In this document: in pieces, positions 52,201 through 64,000 of the stretch
How the letters are laid out: the number at the start of each line of letters is the position of its first letter
Numbering within the stretch: the first letter of the stretch is position 1
From: Lama glama
Lineage: Eukaryota
Direction of reading: 5' to 3'
Length of the DNA stretch: 64,000 nt
Assembly: GCA_028534125.1 (NCBI GenBank)
Contig: CM052824.1
Location: forward strand, 61,132,001-61,196,000
Made by a program: the position numbers and the translations under genes
The notes under the pieces: model-generated
What the model was told of the DNA's origin: nothing
Seen by the model: the letters and a program-made list of their open reading frames with translations, nothing else
Database searches by the model: none

Positions 52201-53160
52201 CTAGAGTTAAGCGTGATGCCCATCCCCGGTCCCTGAAGCGAGGCAAGCGAGGCCTGTGGCCTTTCTGTGTCCTGCGGTTCTGAGTCTGGGCTGGGAGCAG
52301 GGAGTCACAGTCAGCACAAGCCAGTCTTGCCTGGCTAGCCAGTTCCCACCAGAACAATTGTGTGATGGCCAGGTTGTAACTTATCGTGCTAATTCTAGCA
52401 GAGTCCCCCAAAGAGGGGAAAGGAAGCAAGCCTTCCCCGCTCTCTGTGAAGAATGCCAAGAGGAAAATGGAGGGGGTAAAGAAAGCCAAGGTGGATAGCC
52501 CAGTGAATGGGTGAGTACCCAAGTGCCCTGGTGGGCTGTTGGGCTGTTGGGCTGTTGGGCTGTTGGAGCGACCACGTCTGGAACTGCTCCTGCCCTGTTC
52601 GCAGCTTGCCGAAGGGGCACGGGAGTCGCAGTCGGAGCGGGAGTCATGAGCAGAGCTACTCGAGGTCCCCATCGCGATCTGCTTCTCCCAAGAGGAGGTG
52701 GGTGCTGCTGGGCTCACGGGGGTTGCTCCTGGAGGGAAGTTGTTTCCCTAGGAGGTGAGATTGTCAGGGCAGGGCTCACTGGCTTGACGGTACTCTCCTG
52801 CACAGGAAAAGTGACAGTGGCTCCACATCTGGTGGGTCCAAGTCACAGAGCCGCTCACGAAGCCGGAGTGACTCCCCACCGAGACAGGCACACCGAGGTG
52901 CTCCCTACAAAGGCTCCAAGGTGAGGAGCTACCGAAAGTCCAAGGACTGCAAGTACTCCGCCCAGAAGCCTCACGCATCTCGGAGCCGGAGCTCCTCCCG
53001 CTCCCGAAGCCGCTCACGGGAGCGGGCAGACAATTCAGGAAAGTACAAGAAGAAAAGTCACTACTGTAGGGATCAGCGGCGGGAGCGGTCCCGGTCTTAT
53101 GAGCGTGCAGGCCGCCGCTACGAGCGGGACCACCCCGGGCACAGCAGGCACCGCAGGTGA
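45682..53160 (+). CDS. CCNL2: Cyclin L2 (cyclin box plus C-terminal RS domain)
   Basis: Exons 45682-45993, 46403-46477, 46740-46849, 47726-47846, [exon 5 not visible, probably in gap 48764-48895], 51309-51408, 51607-51711, 51800-51941, 52399-52510, 52605-52697, 52806-53160. The RS-rich tail ends HPGHSRHRR*. Confidence 0.96.
45685..45714 (+). repeat. GCG/GCA triplet repeat encoding a 10-residue poly-Ala at the CCNL2 N-terminus
   Basis: (GCG)4 GCA (GCG)5. Confidence 0.9.
47093..47306. mobile_element. MER20 hAT DNA transposon
   Basis: Terminal inverted motifs ggttctcaac...gttgagaaccactg. Internal ttttgggctggatgattctttgttgtggg...taggatgtttag. Confidence 0.8.
48764..48895. other. N gap (132 nt), probably hiding CCNL2 exon 5
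   Basis: N run. Exon 4 ends in phase 0 and exon 6 starts in phase 2, so an exon of 3n+2 nt is missing. Confidence 0.9.
49403..49542. other. N gap (140 nt), probably hiding the start of the CCNL2 alternative short-isoform exon
   Basis: N run. The right flank ccagtgcaggctccaccgaaggccggctctagac resembles the body of the human alternative exon, as recalled. Confidence 0.8.
52533..52564 (+). repeat. (GGGCTGTT)4 tandem repeat
   Basis: Read directly in CCNL2 intron 9. Confidence 0.95.
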
Positions 53161-53576
53161 GGCGTGGGGTCTTCACTGAGGGCTGCTCTCTGGCCCTCGG
53201 TATGCACACCTCGGCGTGACCGGCCCTGGGCCGCAACATCGTGGAAATGGTGTTGATGCTGGGCTTTGCGATGAACTTGGAGATGGAGTCAAGAGGCCGG
53301 CCGGGTGCCCTTTGGGTTGGCCTGGGCCCAGCCCACACCTGGTGGCAGCACAGCCCTGTGCCTGCGGAAGCCAAGGCAGGTGCGCTCGTCCTGGTGGTGT
53401 GGCTTGGTGCTAATGAGACTGTCCCTTCACTCCCATACCAAGGCCCAATTACGTCAAACCGAGAAAATGACTTTTTGAACCTTTGCCTATATTAGGTTGT
53501 ACCTACATTTGGACTTCGCAGTGTTTCACGGTGAGAAAACGGCCTTAACAGCCCCTTATTCTCTGTCCATGTTGTA

Positions 53577-53582
53577 AATAAA
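53577..53582 (+). terminator. Polyadenylation signal of CCNL2 (distal ATTAAA at 53923-53928)
   Basis: AATAAA in the AT-rich 3' UTR. Confidence 0.6.
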
Positions 53583-54406
53583 CGTGTTCAGTATGAGTTA
53601 AAGCTATATATGAAAACTCAGAACTTGAATTCTGTCAGCTTAAAACTTGTGTAGAGAATTCTTGATTTTTAAAATGTGAAGGTATTTAGATCTGTGTTGA
53701 AAGTCATATATTTTTATCTGTGTGATGCTGAGTGCAGGCCACCAGCTCCTAAATAGAGAAGTTTCCTATATACGCATTTTCCGTGGTCGAAAAACACAAT
53801 TCTCTCTACTCAGGACATTGGGAACGTTAAAGAATTTGTAGTCTGTGCTCTGCTTGCTTGTCACCATGCACGGCCCGCGGTACCCGTTCTAGTGGTGCGT
53901 CTGCGCTGCCGCCTCTGATCTCATTAAAGTATTGGATTTTGTACTGAGTTCCATGCGCCTGCTCTTCTGTGAGGCTTGTGATGGGTCTGAGCTGTCTGCC
54001 TGTTCTGACAAAGGCTGCTGCCCTTGGGGTGAAGGGAGGGTTTGAAAAGGATCAGATGGTTCGGAGCCCCCTTGCGCCTGAGAGACATTGGTTTATAACC
54101 CATTGCAGGTGTCTGTCAGGCTGGCAGCATCCAGGAACAAGGCACCTGGAGGAGTGTCACCCCTGGAGGTGTCCTCCCTGGGAGTGGATTGGTGGTGCAG
54201 GTAGGCACGGTGGGCCTTGGGGCTGTTTCCTGGTCCTGCGTGGGTTCCATGCAGATCAAGGGCTGTTGGAGCCTCTGTCAGCTCTCCCCAGTACTTCTGT
54301 GCAGGTGGGAGGCATGGACTTCCTGATGCCAGTGTGCCTAGAGAAAGGTGCCTGAGGTCAGTACAGCCAGGATGTGAAACCGACAGGGTTAGCACCAAGG
54401 GTCCAC

Positions 54407-54550
54407 TTTTTTTTTAAACTTCCCTTACTTATATTTATTCTATTTGGGGAGGGTAATTAGGTTTATTTATTTATTTTAGGTACTGGGGATTGAACCCAGG
54501 ATCTGGTGCATGCTAAGCACGTGCTCTACCACTTGAGCTATGCCCTCCTT
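54407..54550 (-). mobile_element. tRNA-derived SINE (camelid type)
   Basis: Minus strand reads GGAGGGCATAGCTCAAGTGGTAGAGCACGTGCTTAGCATGCACCAGATCCTGGGTTCAATCCCCAGTACC plus an (AAAT)n tail and poly-A. Same family as the element at 11907. Confidence 0.88.
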
Positions 54551-54564
54551 GCAGGTGGCTCACT

Positions 54565-54634
54565 TTTTTTTTTTTTTGGCATCTTTAATACAGGTTTTTT
54601 TTTTTAAACATTTTTTATTGATTTATAATCATTT
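54565..54634 (-). mobile_element. Ultra-short 5'-truncated L1 3' end with a double poly-A tail
   Basis: Flanked by the 11-bp TSD GGTGGCTCACT (54554-54564 and 54635-54645). Minus strand reads AAATGATTATAAATCAATAAAAAATGTTT-An-CCTGTATTAAAGATGCC-An. Confidence 0.75.
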
Positions 54635-55219
54635 GGTGGCTCACTCTTAAGGACCAAACCATAAAAGCCTGGGGAGGCCATACAGCTGGAGTGAGAGGTG
54701 GGCTGTGGACATGTTCATAGACCTTCCTACCTGGGAGCCAGAAGCAATCCCTCCCACATTAGGGCATAGTGACAGTTGCAGACCTGGGCCTGGAGCCTGA
54801 AGTTTCTGCCCTCCCACTGGCCTATCCATCCCTTGCTTAGCCAGGTTGGGGCCTGGGGGTAGCCAGGCCTAGCCAATTCCTGCTAAGACTCACCGGAAGA
54901 CCCTCCTACAGGGCAAGTCCCTGAGCAGAGCCAATGGGACTCTTCACACATCCCTCTCCTACCAGGCACCCCTGCTGGTCCACTCGGGATCTTGCCCATC
55001 CTAGCCAACCTCAGCGAGGACAAGGAGCCTTCTGGACTAGGCGAGTACCACGGTACTCTCTTAGCTCCCTACCCTGAGGAGCAACACTGGGTCTTAGGCA
55101 AACCTCATGCTCCACGCAGGCTGCTTTTGGTTTTTGGACAAAAACTTTCCACAGTCATAGGATAGAAACTTGTTTGCTTTAAGGAAGGAAAAAGAATCCA
55201 TCTATGCAAAAGCGTCATT

Positions 55220-56260
55220 TTATCTATCCCGCGCCAGATGCGGGGTCTCCTTCGCTTATCCGGACTGGCGGAGAGGAGGCTGCAAGACAAGGAGATGGGG
55301 CGACGGGTCCCGAGATCTCCCGAGTCCTCTCTGACGGCGACCGGCTCTGCCGCCTACGCCTCGCACGGCACTCCTAGTGTCCAGGTTGCGGGACCCAGGG
55401 CCGACCCGCCGTCACTTGTCTGCCACCTTTCCTCCCATCCTCGGGAGGGGGGCCAGGGCGGAGGGAGGCCGGGCCTTGCGAGCACAGCAGCTGGTTGTCC
55501 TTTACCCGCTGCCCAAGGCGCAGTATCTCCGGCCACTTCCGTCGCCCCACGAACCCTATTTCCGGCGCCCTTATAACGTCCCTTCCGCAGACCCGAAACG
55601 CCACTTCCGGCCGTCTACGGGCCGCTGGCTTGTCGGGGAGCGACGTGAGTTCGAACCACGAAGGCGCGGAGAGCGCCCCCTTGGGATTGTGGGAAATGTA
55701 GTTTTCTAGCCTTCCCAAGGGCCAGGCGGAGCTACCGAGCTGTGGGAGGGGTTGGGGTGGAGACGGGGCGGGCGGCTCCTCAGACGGAAACCATCGCTTT
55801 CTGAGCCCGGCGAGGTCTGCGCAGACTCGGAGCCAGGCGCCGTCGTGGCGCCAGGGGGCGCTGGGTGTAGGAACTTGCTGGCGGCGGAGTTGGGGGCGGT
55901 TTAGGGAAGGACCGGAAGTGCTGAGCACGGCGGCGGAATGGTCGGTTGAATCGCCGGGCCGGGTTTCGGGAGAGTCTGCGTGAGGACGCGGATCGCGGGC
56001 TCCAGGAGCAGCTGAGAAAGCAGCGGCCGGAAGGTGGGGGCGGCTCAGGGCTTGGGACCCGAGCTTGGACACCGCCCGCGCGGTGGACGCCTCAAGGTGA
56101 AGCTGAGGCTCAAGCCGTGCAGCTTGGGAGCGGCGGAGGCGGGGGTTTTGAGGGAGGGAGCCGTGCTCCAAGTAACGTCCTCATCTTAGGAGAAGGTGGT
56201 GAGGGTGATGGGATGCTGTAGTCGGGGGCGGGACCCGAGTCCCCAGGGTGACCTTGGCCG
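55220..56260. promoter_or_regulatory. AURKAIP1 CpG-island promoter with bidirectional architecture
   Basis: ZNF143/SBS motif ACTACATTTCCCA on the minus strand at 55690-55702. ETS sites face both ways: CCGGAAGTG 55912-55920 (plus) and CACTTCCG(G) at 55534 and 55602 (minus). Confidence 0.8.
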
Positions 56261-56312
56261 CACTTGTGTTCCAGCTCCTCTGAGCACCTTGGGCCGCTGC
56301 CACACACACACC

Positions 56313-57250
<938 letters not shown>

Positions 57251-57287
57251 GTCTAGTGTCTCTCCCCCGCCCGTTGCTGCCAACTGT

Positions 57288-57293
57288 AATAAA
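57288..57293 (+). terminator. Polyadenylation signal of AURKAIP1
   Basis: AATAAA about 38 nt after the stop codon. Confidence 0.75.
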
Positions 57294-59182
57294 TTTTCTG
57301 AGAACTCGGCTGTCTCTGCTGGCCTGGACCCTCTTCTGCTGGGTTTGAGCTGTCTTGGGATTGAGGCTAGCGTCAGCCTCTGGCATTGCAGGAGGCACAA
57401 GGGCTCTGAGTGGCAGAGTGGCAGTCCCTTCCCCAAGTTGACCCTTGTCCTGGTGCGTGGCCTGCGGGAATGATGGTCTCACTGTTTATGAGTGAACATT
57501 GTGGGAGAAGCTGTGAAGAGTTCCAGCCCTGCTTTCAGTGCAGACTCTTAATGACATGGAGGTGGCAAAAGTGCTGAGGGACAAGCAGGGTCTCAGTGCC
57601 CAGACTGAGGGGGCAATGTCATTAGGGTACACAGTTGACTCTCAGTCGGGTGAAAACCCAACTATAGCTTGTAGTCAGCCCTCCATGTGGTTCCGGATGC
57701 AGCCAGCTGTGGATTGTCTGGTTCTGTAAGTGGACCTGCACAGCTCAGGGTCAGGGAGGGCCTCACTGGAGAAGTGGGGAGGGGAGGGAGGCAGGGCAGG
57801 CACTGTGTGCTCTAATGGCAGACAGTGCTCTGCAGGCCCCTTGCAGGGCCTCTGGCCTGCCTGCTGTGGGCTTCTTGGCCTCTGCCACTTCCTGGGTCCC
57901 TGAGTAGGGGTGGCCTGCCCTGTCAGGTTTAAGGTTGGGCTGGCTATGGAAAGTGTGCTGGTGAGAAGCCCGGAGCCTTAGCGTCAGCCAGTGACTGCCA
58001 GTGATTCCAGGTTCTTCCTGCATGGAGAGGAACCTGTTGTCCCTAATAGGGGGCCTGGAGGGGCCTGTGGGCCTCTGTATGTGGGCTGGCGGGGCTAGGC
58101 TTCCGGTGGGGAGACTGGTCGGAGTGCCATGAACTCAGGTGAGGGTTGCTTTCATCCTTAGCATCTCTTCCACTTCTCACATCTGGGTTCAAGGAGGGGA
58201 GACAGGTGCGTCTTCCCTGAGCCCTGGGGAGCAGTGTTTTTGGAGGGCCACAGCTCTCCTGTTGCTGGGTTCCCTGTCACGCTGCGCACTGGGGCTGTGG
58301 GAGCTTGTTGTCTTTTGTCAGAGATGTGTCTGGGGTCTGGCTTGGGTTCCCTGCCCATTGGGCAGATCTCGGGAGGGCTTGGGCTCGGGCTTCCCAGCAG
58401 TTTGCCGGAGGGAATGGTGTTAATAACACCGATACTTCAGTGAGCCAGGTGGGTCCCTGTCCATCAGGGACGATGGACTCACGGATGGGCCGTGTGTGGT
58501 GGATATGAGGAGGGTGAAGCTGGCTGTTACTGGAGGGGACCTGAGGCCACTGAGGGGGGCAGGATGGCTTCCACTGGTGGCCACAAGGAGGTAGCTGTTG
58601 GGCTCCTGGCAGCCCCTGTGGTCTTGACTGGGGACCAGGACAGCTAGGATCACAGGCATCCTTCCCGGGTCTCATTTTCCTCAGGTGTGGGTGGGGCAGA
58701 TGTCCCAGGGCCAGGCCCTCAGGGGTGGAGTGGACCATGCCCTCCTGGTGCCAAGTCTGGCCCCAGCTCCTCTGGGCCTCCCAGCAGGGCCTAGCCTGCC
58801 AGTGATGCCCTTGGCCAACGCCCACGGCTGCTGACCAGTTGCTCCCAGTGTTTCCTTCCAGCCCCGCTGCGGTAGCTGCCCCGTGGCTCACCCCGCCCTT
58901 CCCTGGCTGGTGGGAGGAGAAATGGATGCTAAGTCTGGAGACAAAGCCTTGGTCAGGAGCTTGGCTGGGGCCATAAGTTCTGGGGGTGCAACCGGCCGGC
59001 CTGTGCCAAGAGGCGCAGACCCAGACGCCTGGGTGCTGCCAACTGGCAGAGCACCACAGGGCCCTGGCATCCCGGGCACCTGCTCCAGCCTCCTCCACCC
59101 TGGGGTGAGTGCCAGCTGGGGGGCCCCCAGGAGGCAGGCTGCCCGTGGGCTCCAGGCCACATGGACTCACCAGTCCTCCAGA

Positions 59183-59365
59183 GCAGCAGTTCTTAAGTGG
59201 GCATTCGGCCACATCTGGAGACATTTTTGGTTGTAAAACAGTGGGGGTTCTGCTGACAATGATGGGTGGAGGCCGGAGATGCTGTTAAATGCCCTTCGGT
59301 TCACATGGCAGTCTCTGCCCGAGAATAATGAGCCCCAGATGCCAGTGGTGCTGTGGTCGAGGCTC
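59183..59365. mobile_element. MER20-like remnant in the opposite orientation to 47093
   Basis: catctggagacatttttggttgt...gaggccggagatgctgttaaa. Confidence 0.65.
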
Positions 59366-61299
59366 CTGCTCCAGATGTCATGGGTCCTGTCGAGTCAGCT
59401 CCTGAGCCAGCCCAGCCCCACTTGGTCCCCTCAGTCCCTGCCCCTCCCTGCCCTGCTGGGCCTGGACCTTGATGGCCTGTCCCTGCCCGGCCTGGGTGTG
59501 CAGACTTCACCCTGCCTGTGGCTTGGATGCTTCGGGTCCAACCACAACCTCAGAAGGCAGTTTTGGGGTTTTATTTTCACTCTGCAGCCCCTCCTCTCTT
59601 CCCTGTGGTGCCTCCACCCTCCCCCAGCCCCTTCTCCCTGGTGTTCCCCAGTTCTAGCCCTGATAGCCACTGACGGGGCAGCCTTCAGTGAAAGGCTCGT
59701 CTTTGTGATGTGGTTCTGGCCTGTGATCTGCCCCTCTCCCCAGCCCGTCCAGCAGTGCATAGAGGATGGGTTCAGTCAGGGAGGCCCCATCCAGGGCCCA
59801 GCTGATGAGGGTGGTCTTGGGCTCTTGCTGGGGATCTGCTTTTTGAACCCAGCTTGGGGCACCTCTGTGAGCTCAGCTTTATGGCTCTGCTGCTCCGTAC
59901 CTGGTGCACAGCAGAGTCTTCTGGCCTGGATGTCTTGGCCGCACCGTGGGCCCGGAAGGAGCCGGGCAGACTCCGGCCCCGTGGGAGGACGTGAGGCTGG
60001 GTACCAGGCCCTGGGGAGGGTGGGCACGGGCCCTGGCCACCTCAGATGCACCAGGCAGGGTACAGCACACACCTACGTGCACCCCCCAAACCCCATGCTG
60101 TGAGTAGCGCTCCCCACCATTCAGGGAGCTGGCGAAGGTGCTGGAGGGCCATAGCGTGGGGCAGAGGCTGGAGAGAGGCTCCCTCCCCGGTGTGGCCGAG
60201 GCCCGCTGAGCTTGCCCAGAAGGACACCGGAACCTGGGTGGACTGAGGGGTGGGATATTGCTCTCTAGGACTGAGTTTTGGAAAAAGCCCCTGGGGAGTT
60301 AGTCCAGGGTAGAGGCCAGAGGGCAACCTCCCCGCTGCCTGGATGGGCATCCAGAGCCCACCTGGGTGTCGCAGGGCGCTGCTGGGCCATCTGCCGGAGA
60401 GGGAGCGGAGCCCCGTGGCCTTGGGCCTCACCTGAGGTCACGTGTCGGCCGACTCTGCCACTTTGGGGGGGGGTTGTCTCTGTGGGTTGGCCTGTGTGTG
60501 TCCTTGGAGGACCCCTCCTTGAGTAGGGGTAAAAGCCCTGCAGACCCCGGATGGCCAGTGGGCAGCACCAGGCCCACAGCCCCGCTCGCCTCAGCTGTGG
60601 TGGCAGCAGGGCCATCAGGACCCTTGAGGCCAAGGGGAGGGGAGGCGTCAGCCCTTGGGCTGGGCATGAGCTTGTGCCAACTCCTCGGGCAGGATCCACG
60701 GTCGGGGGGAGCCAGGTTGCCAGGTGGCATTAATCGTGCACGTGCCTCGTGGAGTGTAGGTTGGCCCAGCGACTTTGGGGACACAGGACAAGGGTGACTG
60801 CCCTATGACGCTGCACCACGAGCCCACAAGCTAGCCTACCTGGGCCGGCCTCGCCCACGTTGATGGTCTGCAGGGCAGGGAGGAGACTGACTCAGCCTGG
60901 AGTCCTGCTGAGCATAAGGGGCCCCAGAGACCACCAAGACCGGGTCCTGACCTGGAGCCCTCGGGGGCTGGGGGTACGTGAAAAGGGCTCTTGTGCCCTC
61001 TGGGCTGACACCTGCTTCTCCTGAAGCCAGGCACTGTCCCCTACCCGACGCCTGTTCAGTTTGCTTGGTCTTGTTGGTTTTGTTACTTTGCTTTTACAGT
61101 TGAATTCTCGTTTTAAAATTTCCGGCCAAGTCAGACTGTGCGGCTCAGCGTGGAATTGTTGGCTCCCGCCTCACCCACCTCCTCATCTCCTCATCCACCC
61201 CAGGTCTGTCCAGGCGCCTTGGGCTGGTGCCCCCTCCTCTTACAGTCACAGCACAGCGACACGGTCACCTCCCAACATCAGTAGCATTCACACAAGGCC

Positions 61300-63400
61300 T
61301 CATGGGCCAGCATGCCAGTGTCCCCTTCTCACACAACTGTTTGTTCTCCAGTTCTGTTTTTTCTTTTGTGTGTTTTCCTGTGCTTCTATCACTAACTCAG
61401 CCCCAGACTTGCTGGAGGGATTTGAAAACTGTCAGTTGGGTCCAGCTCCTCAAGTGCCTCTTGTTCCTGTGCAGTCCTTCCTGGCGCCCAGATAGGCTAC
61501 GCTGGGCCCTTGAGGGCACCAGCAGAGTCTACCTGGGATACCCATGGCCTCAAAAGCTGGAGCCGTTGTTTCTGGAATGCCATGTTTTCCTGTCTTGTGG
61601 TTTACCTTCCTTTCCATGGAGTCCATCCTATAGTAGCTTTCCCAGAAAAGGTGTGTGGGAGATAGATCATAGAATAAGAACTGTGTTTTTAAGAAATTAG
61701 TAATTGATGCATCTGAGTGATTCCCTCTACTACAGGCACTGTGCTGGGTTCTTCCTGGGAGTTCTCTCACTTCACAGCGAGCCTGTAGTTAGCCTTGTTT
61801 GGTAGATAGGGACCCTCAACTTACCCACAGTCGCATGGCTGAGAAGCCGTGACTTGGCTCTAAGTCTGTTTGACTCCAAACTTAATTTGTTTTAAATTTA
61901 TTTTTATAAAAGTTATGCCTCTGCATATCTAAATAGTGTAATAGTTCAACAGTGCTTGAAAAAAAAGCTAGTCTCTCCTCCCCACACCACCTTCCCAGAG
62001 GCAGTCTCAGCCCTTTCAGATGATTCTTTTGGTATTACAATATCTCTAAATTGGTGGATTTTGGACTTTTTGACCAAAACTCAAAATAAGAAATACATTT
62101 TATGTATCACTACCCACACTTGAAAAATTAAAAAAAAATACATACCTCTCTTCAGTGCAGTCATCTCAGGTGTTTTCTATTCTGGTCTACTTCATTAAAA
62201 AATACTATTTCCAATCCATTAGACTGAGTTCACACTTGCTAATCAAATACAATTCTCATGTCCCTGCGTTTTGTTTTCATTGCAGGTGTTACCTGTTGGC
62301 CTCTCTTGTGCTGCCCCCTCCATCCCTCCTCTGACCTGGCGGCCCGTGAGTCGGGGTGTGTGAAAGTCTGTTTACATGACTGACCACGGACGGGCTGGCA
62401 GCTGTCGCTGCTTTTCTTTCCCTCTGCATGTTGTTTTCCCTGGTTTTCTCTCTTCTCTCCGGTTGGTCTGGTTCTCTGTGCCCTCGTCACAGTTTCAGCA
62501 CCAAGTTCTCAGCCCGGCTCGCAGGAGCATCCAAGGTTTGCTCATCTCAGGACAGAGTCTCTTCCTGGACTTCCTGCTCGTCCAGCAGCGGCAGGCCCGC
62601 CGCACTTGGGCTCAGCTTTGTTCCTGGGGCATCCCGCAGACACTCTCTCCTTCCCTGATCCTTCCGTTTTCTTCCCCTTACTTTGCAAGAGCCCGTCCTC
62701 CATAGTTTCCTGCGGAAAGAAACACAAGAGAAAATTTTGCAATTTTGCAAATCTGCAGATGTCTCTACTGGATCCTGTTTCTTGGTTGACAGTGTGGCTG
62801 GATGTGGAATTCTAGGTTGGAGATCGTTTCCTACAAAATCCTGCAGGTCTTGCTCTGCTGTCCTCCAGTTCCCAGTGCTGCTGATTAGAGAAGTAAACTT
62901 GCTTTGAGGCCAGCTCCTTTGTCAGTAGCAGACTCTCGAGGCCCTCGTTCCTTCATGCCAGCATTCCCAGTGGCACACTTTAGTGTGGCTCTTTTCGCCC
63001 CATGGAAGGCCGGTTCAGCCTGGGCTTGCCTGACCTTCAGCTCTGAGGCAGTTTCTTGAACTGTTTTGTGTAATTCCCTCCCCTCCATTTCTGCTGTTTC
63101 TGAAGCTCCTGTTATTGGATGATTTTCTCTTCTGTTTGCCATTTCATGGGCACCTTCAGCATTTCCCTCTAATCCACTTAATGAATTTTTTTCATTTCTG
63201 TTACCTTCTTTTCAATTTTTTAGAGACTTTCATTTTCTCAGTGTGTTTAGCATGCCTGGTTGTTTCCTGGGTGTGACGTCGCCTCTTCTGGGAGGATGTT
63301 AATGAGACGTCATTTCTCTGCTGACCCCCCCTACCCTGCAGCCTTGTTCCAGGCGGGCTTCTCTGCCTGTTGGCTTTGGCCTCCATTTCCCACACTAGTG
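61300..63400 (-). mobile_element. Cluster of degenerate antisense L1/HAL1 fragments with an embedded MIR (about 61730-61880)
   Basis: T-rich, pyrimidine-skewed sequence with gtgtggctggatgtggaattctaggttgg. MIR end gtctgtttgactccaaa. Confidence 0.55.
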
Positions 63401-63527
63401 GGCCTCCTCTGCTGGCGCTTCGTTGTCTGCTTCTGTTTGACAGTGGGGTCCACAAAACAGGACCCCCAGAAGTGGCTCTATGTGCCCTTTCCCACTTCAG
63501 GGGGAAGCCGGGACTCTGGCGACCAAG

Positions 63528-63625
63528 TAGGGTTGCCAACTTTAGCAAATAAAAATAGAGGACCCCTTGTTAAAAGTGAATTTCAGGTAAACAACAGATA
63601 ACCTGTCAGTATAAACGTGTCCTGT
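63528..63625. mobile_element. MER53-like DNA transposon remnant
   Basis: tagggttgccaactttagcaaataaaaatagagga...aagtgaatttcaggtaaacaac. Confidence 0.65.
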
Positions 63626-64000
63626 TCAGTGTTTACCTGCAGTCCTGACATGTGAGGCATGGCAGGGCGGGCAGGAGGGTCCCCGTCTCCATGTCAGAGG
63701 CTGCGGCCAGCTCGCAGGGCTCGGGCCCGCTTGGAAGTTTCGCTTTCCGAAGGTGGGACAATGTGAGCTTCCCAGGGGTGAACCTTTCACTGCACTGGGT
63801 TGAAACACAATTGTATTGAAGTCCACTGGGCAGCCGTGGAGGGTGCAGAGACCAAGTCCCAGGGTCTCTCACTTGCCGAGAATGTGATTAGATTCTTGGG
63901 TTGTATGACCGGGAACATTCTCTGAGCATGTCAGTGGAACTCCCTGTCTTCCTGGAAACCAAAATGTTGCATATGATTATGAAGCTCCCGTTCTGACTAG

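Noticed and set aside
57300-64000. MXRA8, the next syntenic gene, or other coding exons
   Set aside because: No recognisable exons. The ORFs at 58277-59224 and 59279-60103 overlap MER20 remnants or look like random GC-rich sequence.

Overview
This is GC-rich mammalian genomic DNA syntenic with human 1p36.33, shown in the opposite orientation to the human reference. A tRNA-derived SINE and an L1 3' end of camelid type suggest a camel, llama or alpaca; this is inference. Seven intron-containing protein-coding genes were reconstructed exon by exon from GT-AG boundaries and frame continuity: ATAD3A (minus, exons 1-15, last exon left of the window), VWA1 (minus), TMEM88B (minus), ANKRD65 (plus), MRPL20 (plus), CCNL2 (plus, exon 5 apparently hidden in an N gap) and AURKAIP1 (plus). 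The window also holds CpG-island promoters with NRF1, ETS, CRE, YY1 and ZNF143 motifs, old L1/MIR/MER/MLT repeats and three N gaps. I see no clear-cut new biological system. The best leads are an in-frame 105-nt exitron in VWA1, a spliced divergent transcript with a possible ORF from the ATAD3A promoter, similar divergent units at CCNL2 and AURKAIP1, altered ANKRD65 termini, the CCNL2 short-isoform machinery, and a 70-bp L1 insertion with an apparent 3' transduction. Comparisons with human or mouse orthologs and with repeat consensi are from memory and were not computed.
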